DNA of 64,000 nt from an uncultured Nitrososphaerales archaeon (GCA_963841565.1 CAWJCY010000004.1:32001-96000); one strand, 5' to 3'. Numbered from the stretch's first letter, positions 53,596-63,759 are shown. Made by a program: numbers and translations. Notes: a model not told the origin generated them from the letters alone.

Positions 53596-54632
53596 AAAGG
53601 GGGGAAAAACGCTCATATATCATTCTAGAGCTATGACTGAAAGCACGCTTGTTTTATTTGCGTGGTATATCACATAAATCAAATTGAGAATATATGCTAT
53701 TATAATTAGACGATGGCTTTTTTCTATTCCTTTTTTTTGACTCAATAATATTGAATAATATTTTAGGTACTGCTTGAATATGAATTGCGTTACGTAGCTG
53801 TGTTTGGGTTACTACGAACTTGACAACTTCAATACTGCTTTATGTCTTGAAATCTGGTATATTTGGAGCTTATGGGAAGAGTCAAGGTATTTCTTAGGTT
53901 AATGATTGAGCTAATTAAAGCAGTACTTATCATTCATTATCAAATAGTTGTCGCTTTCTAATACCGTTGCTCAAAGAAATTCTATCGCGATACCTCTAAT
54001 TTGACTATATTCAATTCTGAATGATTCGTCAGTTGAGATGGGTAGTAGTTCCAGTATTATGTGAATTGCATACATGACAGGTGAATAATGTGTGAGGAGG
54101 GTGCAGATAAAGACTCTAAATCATCAACCCCAAAGTAAGATGCACTCCAATAACACGAATTGCAAATTAGAAAATAGATTTGTCTAACTTCTTGAACCTT
54201 ATTATTTCCTAAAGATTTAGAAGAATTTTGGTTGCTTGAAGTAAATCATATGCTATATTAGATCTTGTCATTTCTATAACGATTCCAAAGCAGTCTAATC
54301 GCAATCTTAGTTTTTATGCGTTACCATACGGGTATAGCAAAGTATCAGAGTGGATATGAATCTCATTTTGGCTAGATATGATAAATTCTAACGTTTAATA
54401 TCCAAGATAATTTATCGCATACCTTCAATATTTGATATAGCAAAGAAAGATCTGATCAGTAATCTTTACAAATCGTGATTAGACGCTGCCTTCTCAATTC
54501 ACAAACTCATCCTTTGGTCCATTGCAATGCTCCTTGTCTAACCACCTAGAGACAAACATAGGTATTTCCATATACGAGCAACCAGATAAACAAAAGTTCA
54601 TGATAGTGATTTCAGGATGCCCATAACTATTC

Positions 54633-54840
54633 GCTCTCAAAAATCTGATATTTTTTCTATTAGAACTAAACGGATATTTGATAGCCAAACTTTCTTCTTC
54701 AGACCATTCTTGCTTAAATGACATTATTTTTTTCGCACGTGGTGGCCTTATAACTCCATTCCATCAACCAAATAGACCTTTGCATCCACATCAAAGCTCT
54801 CTTCTTGAATCGATCCCTTTAGGAAATTCTATCATCATAG
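54633..54840 (+). repeat. left arm of long inverted repeat (partner 60235-60436)
   Basis: 54633-54690 matches the reverse complement of 60379-60436 at 57/58 nt; looser similarity continues inward ~150 bp. Confidence 0.9.
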
Positions 54841-55077
54841 TCATCCATACATCACCGATGCTATCTATGGTCAATTCAGTGCGGTGGTTTGTTGACAAAC
54901 GAAATAGTACTTGATATTATTCATTGTACCATTAGAAAAATACGGGAATTTGAATAGTGAAATTAGCGTAATCTTTTCCAGACATATTATAGATAGTCGG
55001 ATTTGATCTAAAATGGTGTAACATGCAGTTATCGGTAGTGATAAGTACTTGCGTACAATCTCATAATTGATTAGTGC

Positions 55078-55232
55078 TGAACGTTCAAAACGTTCAAGAC
55101 GTTCAAAAAGATATCCCTAGGTCCCGTTCAATCATCGTTCAATCACCGTTCAATCATCGTTCAATCACCGTTCAATCACCGTTCAATCATCGTTCAATCA
55201 CCGATCAATCACCGTTCAATCATCGTTCAATC
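55078..55232. repeat. 11-bp tandem array (CGTTCAATCAY x ~10) preceded by three 9-bp ACGTTCAA units
   Basis: Units at 55125-55232 with one CGATCAATCAC variant; TGAACGTTCA palindrome at 55078-55087. Confidence 0.95.
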
Positions 55233-55868
55233 GGAACGGAGTATATATAATAATGGGTATTTGTCGAAGCGTACATGGAATAAATATATTTATATAGAAT
55301 TATCGAATCTTTTGAAAATTTGGACCAAAGATACTTTGTTCGCTGTGAATACTTAAACTAATTAATTTATGGATTCCCTTATGCGCGATGCGACGGAAAG
55401 CTCATCCTGCAATCAAATTGTGACGTATATCGTGGAGTATTATGCTTCACACGTTCATCTTGTTTTATTATCGCTGAGGAAAGTATTCATGTTTATTGTC
55501 TGAAGGATGAGACCATACATTATAACCCTTGTTATGTACTTGCCAGGCTGCGAAATTAATCTAAAATGCATTATCGGCCCAGTTAATTATGAATTATGAT
55601 GTCAACAACAAAAAAGCAACCTAAAGGATGAATTGAAGTTTAGTTCAATCAATTTTAAGCATTGCATTGGAACCATATATTTTACTTTATAAAAGTGGTT
55701 GATCAATATTTTGCTGTAATATTCAATATTGTCATCAATAATTCTCTACAGTCTAGCGGAAGATAGAATTTACATATTATAGCTGTTAATACCTTGCGTC
55801 ATAATTTATTGTAAGAATATTCCATATTGAAGTTTTCATATCTTGACTATTAAGACTCGAGAGCCACT

Positions 55869-56229
55869 CTAGTTTTTATCATCATCGCTGTCATTATTGT
55901 CTCTATTACCGTTCTGTCTATCAGATTCATCAATTGTCTTTTGTGCATTAAATCTGGTTGTATATCCACCGCTCCAACCAAGACAATATGCCATCGAATG
56001 TCGAATAGGACAATCACTATTTCTGTATGGATAATCTACAATTCCCGCCGATCTTCCGTCATCGCTCCCTTGTTGATAGCTGTCGATACCATTGTCAATG
56101 TCATCCCTCAAGATCGTCAGAGTTCGCTTGCGCTTGTTGATGTGCCGCAAAAATAATAATGAGTGAAACTACCGTGAGTCCGCCCAGATCCAGTCTTCTG
56201 TTCGTAAGACTTTTGATCTCTGCGATCAT
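55869..56229 (-). CDS. probable secreted protein, frameshifted
   Basis: ATG 56229 gives signal-like MIAEIK..LTVVSLIIIFAAHQQAQA, then shifts into the ORF-track frame with YQQGSDDG...CP..HSMAYCLGWSGGY. Confidence 0.5.
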
Positions 56230-56449
56230 ATCTCAATGAGTCTCATAAATTGATTCTACTATATTAACTTCTAGTTATACATTTTAACATGCTTTAGCAT
56301 CTAAGTTATACGTATTCATACATTTCTAAATAGATCATTAAATAGTCGTTATTTCGAAGTCTTATATTTCAAACTAAAAAAAAGGGGTTCTATGTGGGAG
56401 CTATTCCAGATGCAGATAATTCCCCACTGACTTTGTTTCTTATTTGTTC

Positions 56450-56700
56450 TTATAGTGGATTTGTTTGTTCTGAATCATCCTCAGTTTCCTCTTCTCCTTC
56501 GCTGGATGATGTATCTTGTCCATCCCCATCGTCACTATTAGAGTTATTGCCTTCATCATCATTATTGTTAGACCCAGATGAGTCGTGAGATTCATCGTTA
56601 CTATCACTATCACCATTATTCCTATCGTCGTTGGATGATGAATCATTGTCGCTGCCTGGGCCTCCTAGGGCTGGAGTTAATGCGTATTTTATTTCACCGT
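56450..56700 (-). pseudogene. D/S/N-rich low-complexity gene fragment
   Basis: PALGGPGSDNDSSSNDD...EEETEDDSEQTNPL open frame lacking a clear start, abutting the YVTN gene stop. Confidence 0.4.
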
Positions 56701-56705
56701 CTGTT

Positions 56706-58586
56706 TCATTTATTACTGAACATATCTGAAATCTTCTCATTCATGAGTTTGTAGTGCAATTCAGTTATCTTTCCATCTGAATAAGCATCTCTTATCTCAT
56801 TTTTTATCTTTCCAATAGCTTCTGTATTTGGATCAGTGATTGATTCAATTTTTTTCTTGAAGATTTTTTGATATGCTGTAGAAACTTCATTTTTTAGATG
56901 CGTGTATTGCTCATTACTTATCTTACCTGCAGCGTACGAATCTGAAATATTTCTATTTAATATGTTTAATTGATTAGTATAGTTCTCTTCCAATTTACTA
57001 TCACCATATACAAGAGCCATTTGTTGATGAAATGAATTTAATCTAGAAGTCTGCTTCTTTGATTTTATCCACCCTACAACGGCAGGGATAAGTAATGACC
57101 CGACTAGAGCAGTAACAACAACAGTAAATAAAGATGCCCAATATTGTGCCGGAACCGGCGGTGGAAGCGCTTTAAAGTACGCGGTAAAGTTACCAAATCG
57201 GTTTACAGTGAGATTTGCTGCTGGATCAATAAATTTGACACCAAAAATATCAAGCAATGGAGTCCAGGGCGAACCAGAAGTTGTAGATGCATTTATTGTA
57301 ATTGTTGAGTTATCAGCCAAATTCTGAGTCCAGCTACTAAATTCGAATCCATTGTTTGGTTTAGCTACACATTCTGCCCCAGATGACGCATAAAAATAGC
57401 GATTTATCGGAGCGTCTAGACCATTGCAAATTATCTGGCCCCCTTCAAACGGATTAATAACAAATGTTACGCCAGCCACAACTTCATTAGTAACCGGATT
57501 AATTACTGATACAGTATTAGAATCACTATTTGCTACGTATACCGCACCCCCAAATCCATAAATAGAACCTGGACTAGCTCCTACTTTTATGTTCTTTATT
57601 ACAGTATTAGTAACTAGATTAATTACTGATACAGTATTAGAATCACTATTTGCTACGTATACAGCATCTCCATATCCATAAATAGAACTCGGATTATCTC
57701 CTACAGTTATATTCTTTATTACAGTGTTATTAACTAGGTCAATTACTGATACAGTATTGGATTCACCGTTTGCTACATATACGGTATCTCCAAATCCATA
57801 AATAGAACCTGGACTAACTCCTACAGTTATATTCTTTATTACAGTATTAGTAACAGGATTAATTACTGATACTGTATTAGAATCACTATTTGCTACGTAT
57901 ACAGCATTCATAGATGTGGTAATAGAACCAGGATTAGCTCCTACTTTTATATTCTTTATTACAGTATTGTTAACTAGGTTAATTACTGATACAGTATTAG
58001 AACCACTATTTGCTACGTATACCGAACCTCCATATCTATGAATAGAACTTGGACTAACTTCTACTTTTATATTCTTTATTACAGTATTATTAGCTGGGTT
58101 AATTACTGATACAGTATTAGAACCACTATTTGCTACGTATACCGAACCTCCTGCCAATGCATCAATAAACCTTGGGCGATCTCCTACCGTTATATTCTTT
58201 ATCACAGTATTTGTATCTGAATCGATTACAGACACAGTATTAGAACGAAAGTTTGCTACGTATACCGCACCTCCTCCTGCCAATGCATCAATAAACCTCG
58301 GGCCATCTCTAACATGTATATCCTTTATCACAGTATTTGTATCTGAATCGATTACAGACACAGTATTAGAACGAAAGTTTGCTACGTATGTAGCTTCTGC
58401 AGTTGTGTAAATCTCGATCGGCATGTCCCCAACCTCAATCTGAGCACTCGTTAACACTTTTGTTCGATTCGCAATTGATTCCAACATATTTTGATTGAGT
58501 TGTGCTTCAGCATCATTCATTACTACATTATATGAAACAAATACTAGTAAACAAGAGATTATTGGAATCAGTCGATGACTTATCAC
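56706..58586 (-). CDS. membrane-anchored YVTN beta-propeller repeat (YncE-like) surface protein
   Basis: Signal peptide, 8 ~40-aa YVANS.SNTVSVI repeats (~120-bp DNA units, 57480-58400), small beta domain (C..AKPNNGFEFSSW), one TM helix, cytoplasmic tail with duplicated DxYxxGKI motif. Confidence 0.88.
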   Translation of the reverse strand: MISHRLIPIISCLLVFVSYNVVMNDAEAQLNQNMLESIANRTKVLTSAQIEVGDMPIEIYTTAEATYVANFRSNTVSVIDSDTNTVIKDIHVRDGPRFIDALAGGGAVYVANFRSNTVSVIDSDTNTVIKNITVGDRPRFIDALAGGSVYVANSGSNTVSVINPANNTVIKNIKVEVSPSSIHRYGGSVYVANSGSNTVSVINLVNNTVIKNIKVGANPGSITTSMNAVYVANSDSNTVSVINPVTNTVIKNITVGVSPGSIYGFGDTVYVANGESNTVSVIDLVNNTVIKNITVGDNPSSIYGYGDAVYVANSDSNTVSVINLVTNTVIKNIKVGASPGSIYGFGGAVYVANSDSNTVSVINPVTNEVVAGVTFVINPFEGGQIICNGLDAPINRYFYASSGAECVAKPNNGFEFSSWTQNLADNSTITINASTTSGSPWTPLLDIFGVKFIDPAANLTVNRFGNFTAYFKALPPPVPAQYWASLFTVVVTALVGSLLIPAVVGWIKSKKQTSRLNSFHQQMALVYGDSKLEENYTNQLNILNRNISDSYAAGKISNEQYTHLKNEVSTAYQKIFKKKIESITDPNTEAIGKIKNEIRDAYSDGKITELHYKLMNEKISDMFSNK

Positions 58587-58719
58587 TTGATCGTTAGCAC
58601 TAACATCGATCCAGTACTACACAGAACCAGATAAGTTTTACTTTAAAATTAGATGATATGATAACTCTGAGTCTAAAAGATTTTGTTTTTCCGAAGTCGT
58701 TATGGATATACTTATATCT

Positions 58720-58995
58720 TTAATCATCTTCAATAACTGGCTGCTTGGAGGCTATCACTGATTTCAAATAGTTGATAACTTTATGCTGTGTCAATAACAA
58801 AGCAATAATCAAAGATTCTGATGGAAATGGATGTGTTTGTGCCTGGCTATTCATAGCGACTGAATATTCATAGCAACTCTCAAGTAGCTTAGTTAACACA
58901 ACTTTATCATCATCGGTTGGAAGCTTATCTATGAAGCCGCGCCATGTCACAATTTCTTTGATAAGCACATCTTCAGCAGGGAATAGGCTCAACAT
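58720..58995 (-). CDS. small helical protein resembling the PolB2-associated arCOG07300 family
   Basis: EI.TWRGF.D.L..DD....L..C..YS.A......P.ESLIIALLL.Q.K pattern, recalled by eye. Confidence 0.5.
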   Translation of the reverse strand: MLSLFPAEDVLIKEIVTWRGFIDKLPTDDDKVVLTKLLESCYEYSVAMNSQAQTHPFPSESLIIALLLTQHKVINYLKSVIASKQPVIEDD

Positions 58996-59777
58996 AGCTC
59001 AATCTTTAATTCTGCTAATATTCCCTACAGCGACCCAAAGGCAGGGGGTGGGGGTACCGAAATCTAAATCTTTTTTGATAAATATCGCCATGTCAAGACA
59101 CAATCTCTGTCAATAGTGCAATAAAGAATTAGGTTAAGGGTAATGCTACCAGTTTGTATTTAATTAGTTATGGATTAAGAAGTTACGTTTTCATATGTCG
59201 AATGTTTGCCAAATAATTCATTTATCATCTTTTGCTGTTGTATTATTAATGCCAGACACATCGATTCAAATGAAAAGTTCTTTCCCCCATTGTATTTCAT
59301 AATAGAATCAGACAGAACATGTAAACTAAATATTTATGTGAACCTTCTATTATTACTGATAATTGCATTAGTATGTATTTATTTGAAACATCTAGATGTC
59401 ACATTAAGTATAATTATGTGATAGAAGAAGGACACCAGGCATTTTTGAAATATTGAAACTTGATACGTCATATTTGCCTTTAATTCATTTAGTATAAGAA
59501 AGTCACATTTGACCGTTGCCCAATTATTTGATGAGTAAAGCGATAGATCTCAAAAACCAACAGCTAAAGCGAATCGACAAATAAATATCCTACCTGGAAA
59601 TTAAATTAAAATGGGCATGATTATGATCAAATAGGGGCTTCATTACTCAACAGGCCCACACAAATTTAGATTGATGAGCTTCCCACTTCTGAGTTGTAAG
59701 GGTGAAATGGACCTGCATATTTAACGCATATATACATTAGTTCATATTACTATAATGCCATTAAAATACGACATTCA

Positions 59778-60011
59778 ATGAGTTACGGACAGAATAAAAG
59801 CTCCTCAACACCTGTAGAAACAGGAAAAGAATACACGGTAGATATAACTGACACAGGTAGAGACGGGGAGGGTGTTACTCGTATAGGAGGTCTAATAATT
59901 TTTGTGAAAAATGCAAGGGCCGGTGATAAAAATATAAAGATTAAGATTAATTCGATTGTTAGTAATTTTGCTACTGCAGAGATAGTAACAAGTTCAACAG
60001 ATACGACTTAG
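59778..60011 (+). CDS. single TRAM-domain protein (RNA chaperone/cold-shock type)
   Basis: PVETGKEYTVDITDTGRDGEGVTRIGGLIIFV...GD..KIKI....NFATAE. Confidence 0.88.
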   Translation: MSYGQNKSSSTPVETGKEYTVDITDTGRDGEGVTRIGGLIIFVKNARAGDKNIKIKINSIVSNFATAEIVTSSTDTT

Positions 60012-60234
60012 GATTGTTTCTATTGTCTTATTTTTAGAATTGCTACAATCAATACGTCCCCCACTATAATGGACATAAGAAAGGTTATTGTAATCCAGCT
60101 AGATATGACTAGAACTGATCCTAGTACTATTCTAATAGTATGATGAATCACATCATGTAATATCCCATATTGGCTATAATATACTAAATTGCATTGGACC
60201 GAAGATTGTATTTGCAACAGATCTTTGAATGATT

Positions 60235-60436
60235 CTATGACGCTAGAGTTTTTTATGATAAGTGATTTGAGAACAGGGCTTCGATGTGGCAGATGCAAAG
60301 GTCTTGTGGGTTGGTGGGACAATCCTCCACATACGAAAAAGATAATGCCATTCAAGCGAGCTTGGTCAGAAGCTGAATGTTTGGCTATCAAATATCCGTT
60401 TAGTTCTAATAGAAAAAATATCAAATTTTTGAGAGC
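60235..60436 (-). repeat. right arm of long inverted repeat (partner 54633-54840)
   Basis: GTTTGGCTATCAAATATCCGTTTAGTTCTAATAGAAAAAATATCAAATTTTTGAGAGC at 60379-60436. Confidence 0.9.
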
Positions 60437-60484
60437 TCCGATTTTTCTTAATGCAGATAAACACAACTCCCGCTAAACTTCCAA

Positions 60485-60745
60485 ATGAATACCAAATATA
60501 TGCTCGTAGTAGCTGCAATGGCAGTAATGCTTATTGGAGCAACAGCTTTTGGAACTGACAGTGCATTTGCAGGCGGAGATGGTCACAAGAAGAAGGGTTA
60601 TGAAAAGAGTCAAGCAGTCTCACAAGTCAATGAATGTGGCAATGGATTCATGCCATATAATGTCGGATGTCAGAACACTGCATCACAAATTCAGGGCGAC
60701 GATAACTCGGCAGCATTAGCGTCATCGCAAGAGTTCGACGACTAA
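60485..60745 (+). CDS. small secreted protein with Cys pair (SQVNECGNG..NVGCQN..SQIQG)
   Basis: Signal peptide ending SAFA; 86 aa. Confidence 0.75.
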   Translation: MNTKYMLVVAAMAVMLIGATAFGTDSAFAGGDGHKKKGYEKSQAVSQVNECGNGFMPYNVGCQNTASQIQGDDNSAALASSQEFDD

Positions 60746-60941
60746 AATAAGAAAAGCCCGCACACTTTCATTTTTTTATTGTTCCCTGCCTATTGATAGA
60801 TAGAACTTTGAATCTCAGAATATCGAGTTATGTTTTTCTTGATTAATATTTACCCATAAGCTTAGTTATATCACAAATGTATAGAATGTTTTAGTACTGT
60901 ATTTAACCTTATGACTTGTTAGTTAGTGATCTTGTATATGT

Positions 60942-61219
60942 ATGGTTGTCGTAGCAGCAATGGCAATAATGCTCATTGGAGCTACAGCATTTGCAACTGA
61001 CAGTGCATTCGCAGGTGGAGATGGACATAAAAAGAAATATGGAAAAAGTCAAGCGATCTCACAAGTGAACGATTGTGGGATGGATTCTGGCCAGAGAATG
61101 TTGCATGTCAGAATATCGCTTCACAGATTCAGGGCGACGATAACAGAGTAAAACTAGAGTCATCGCAAACATTTGGAGAAGAACCAATCGGTGTTTCAGA
61201 AGAAGAAACAATACCTTAA
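60942..61219 (+). CDS. tandem paralogue of 60485-60745, one-base deletion near 61080
   Basis: Near-identical N-terminus; restoring one base gives DCGNGFWPENVACQNIASQIQGDDN... to stop at 61219. Confidence 0.7.
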
Positions 61220-61348
61220 GGACTTATTGATTGGGTAAGTGATTTGCGCGCCGAAATTCCATCGCAACTTCGATTGATTTCTTACGAGTACTGTCGTCAC
61301 AGATTAGGAAATAAATATTTATTCTGACAGATGTCATAAAATAATTGC

Positions 61349-61747
61349 ATGTCGCCCAGGCTAGCTATCGTCAAAGTCATGACCGTAAATAAACCCGCGA
61401 ATCTTGTATTTGATTTCTTTTCCGATGTCAAGAATATGGAGATCGGAGGAGCAATAAAATCAGTCACAAAAGGAGATGATGATTGGTGGAACTTTGACCA
61501 TATAATTGCGGGCAAAGGAAGAATGAAAGTCGTTCAAGTTCGTGATTTCGGAATATTAGATCATGAATTTGTAGGCGCAGGACTAGAATGGAAGGTATAT
61601 GTCAGAGTAGTTCCTAATGAGGAGGGTTCTACAACTACGTGGACGTTTATGAGGCCAGACGGTCTTACTGACGATCAGTTCCAGGAGCAACTCAAGGGAT
61701 TTGATATGGAAGTAGCCAATTGGAAGAAATATTTGGAAGAAAGTTGA
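61349..61747 (+). CDS. SRPBCC/START-like domain protein
   Basis: VNKPANLVFDFFSDVKNM, GILDH, VRVVPNEEGS, C-terminal helix WKKYLE. Confidence 0.7.
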   Translation: MSPRLAIVKVMTVNKPANLVFDFFSDVKNMEIGGAIKSVTKGDDDWWNFDHIIAGKGRMKVVQVRDFGILDHEFVGAGLEWKVYVRVVPNEEGSTTTWTFMRPDGLTDDQFQEQLKGFDMEVANWKKYLEES

Positions 61748-61809
61748 GAACCAGGGTATCCGAAATTTGAATAATCAATCCATCCTGAAGGTTCAAAATA
61801 AAACAGTTT

Positions 61810-62692
61810 TTATTTCAAAAAGTCGGACAGACTCGTCTGCTTATTCTTGATGACTCGTTTATTCATACTTGAATCATCTATTCCCAGATCGTCTATTGTA
61901 ACAAATTCTTCTCCCCACTTCACTTCCTCTAGACCTAACAATTGTCTGAAGATGTTAACGGTTCCTGGACCAAAGCCTGCATAATGATTGTTTGCGGCGA
62001 CAATTGAAAATTTAACACCAGATAAGTTACTCCAATCAGAGTACATTCCTGAAGTTGCGCGCGATTTTCTTCATTTCTTTAATCCTGCCAATTTGGATTC
62101 GCCCAAAATCTTTCTCTGGTATAGTTCTATCCCCGATTAATCTAACATAGGCAAAGTCGGATGTGACAATAGGAGGTGTATGTATATCTGCAAGTTGACT
62201 CCATACAAGGCACTTCTCGTTGTTCCTGAAGAAATTGTATGCAAGATCTTGAAGCCACGATCTATGTCTTACTTCTACCGCATACCTGAAACCTTTGTCA
62301 AGGTATGGAAGAATGTTTCTGAGAGCATTTAGGCCTTCAACGATATCAATCGAGGGAGGCAATTGGATTAGTAATGCCAATAATTTTTCCTTTAATTCAG
62401 AGATAGAATCGAAGAAATAACCTAATTGATCCTCATCGAAATCCGACAGTCACTTGTCATGGGTTATAATTTTAGAGAATTTCGCAGTAAATCGAAAGTT
62501 CTCGGGAGTCCTGTCGTACCAGTTCTTGACCATGAATTCGTTAGGAATCCTGTAGAATGAGGAGTCTATTTCGACATAGTTTAGGACCTTCGAATAATAT
62601 TTTAACCATTCAGAATTTTCAATACCTTTAGGATATAATAATCCTTGCCAAGACGAATAAGACCATCCAGAACATCCTATGTAATACTGCAA
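61810..62692 (-). pseudogene. DUF72 gene split into three ORFs (copy B)
   Basis: IGCSGWSY, VEIDSSFYRIP, TPENFRFTAK, LIQLPPS, YAVEVRHRSW, YVRLIGDR, ANNHYAGFGP. Confidence 0.85.
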
Positions 62693-62825
62693 GTTTTTTG
62701 GTAGGTACTAATGAATACGATCGGATAATAATATTTTTGTGTGATTAAACAGGTTTGTGAGTGCAAAAACACGAAAGAGAATAACAGGACATGATAATCA
62801 GTCATGTTAACTGGTATCAAATTAT

Positions 62826-63416
62826 TTATTGTTTATCGAATGTAACCTCTAATATTCCATTTTTATAAGTCGCCTTGGCAGTCTCGGAGTCAATATTATA
62901 CGGAATGTCTAGAGTACGGGTGCGTTGTTCCCCCTTATTATTTAGATGTGAAATTGTAATCGAGTAATCATCATAGGCAACTACCTTGATATTTTCTTTC
63001 TTATTGTTAATAGGAAGTTGGGACACTATTTTGATGTTCTTATCGGATACAATTACATCCTCGGAAGTGTCATGTTCTACTTTTTCGATTCTGGACTCAA
63101 CGAACTTATCGGAACCTGGTACAGTTTCAACCTTTCTTTTGAATTTTCTTTCGCTTGCATTTTTGTTCGGTCTGGCAACAGGATAAGAACTGTCTAGAAC
63201 TATATCCACCTTTTCTCTTACGACCTCACTTCTGATACCCACGTAAATCTCTGAGGACTCAGTCCATTCATTCATGTCCTCGTCACAAATATCGTAGAGC
63301 TTTTTTTTCAATTTATTAAATTCCCTCACTAATTCTAGTGCCATTAGATCAGGTTCGTCATCTAAAAATATATCCATCCATTTTTCTATTTGTCTATACC
63401 AGTGGTCAGGCATCAA
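62826..63416 (-). CDS. Hsp20/alpha-crystallin family protein
   Basis: C-terminal DVIVSD..IKIVSQLP..KENIKV...AKATYKNGILEVTF. Confidence 0.82.
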   Translation of the reverse strand: MMPDHWYRQIEKWMDIFLDDEPDLMALELVREFNKLKKKLYDICDEDMNEWTESSEIYVGIRSEVVREKVDIVLDSSYPVARPNKNASERKFKRKVETVPGSDKFVESRIEKVEHDTSEDVIVSDKNIKIVSQLPINNKKENIKVVAYDDYSITISHLNNKGEQRTRTLDIPYNIDSETAKATYKNGILEVTFDKQ

Positions 63417-63689
63417 TTGTACATACGTCCGTAGAGGAACAAAATAAAGGTTGTCAGACGGGTATTGAAGGTCAACCGGTTAAATATGACTGACCTCAAG
63501 GCACGTCTTGGGTGTATTTGAGACATTCGGTAGCATAATAAAAATCTTAGATGATCTTCTTTAAAATGCGCGCAAAAATACAAATTTTCTAACCTCCGGA
63601 TATGTGTTACTATATGATCTAATAACGAAATGGCCATAAAGGTTGAATTTTATATGATATGTAAAGACCTTAACCAATACAAACACCAT

Positions 63690-63739
63690 AAAGGTGGGCG
63701 ACACTATCGGCATCCTATCTACCATGGTCGCCTGCCTTT
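63690..63739. other. GC-rich stem-loop between DUF1059 and hsp20
   Basis: AAAGGTGGGCGAC...GTCGCCTGCCTTT 13-bp stem with two G-T pairs, followed by T run. Confidence 0.4.
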
Positions 63740-63759
63740 TTCTCGACCTGCCTATTACA

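Noticed and set aside
55125-55232. CRISPR array
   Set aside because: Contiguous 11-bp units with no unique spacers; no cas genes in the window
57480-58400. Diversity-generating retroelement TR/VR pair
   Set aside because: Repeats are in-frame propeller blades within one gene, differences are not adenine-restricted, and there is no reverse transcriptase
60020-60476. Protein-coding calls on the inverted-repeat arms (60020-60466, 60189-60476, 54494-54724, 54678-54914), including a DNA methyltransferase-like NPPH motif
   Set aside because: The reading frame cannot be decided; the NPPH frame has stops and lacks the motif in the left copy; no other methyltransferase motifs are visible
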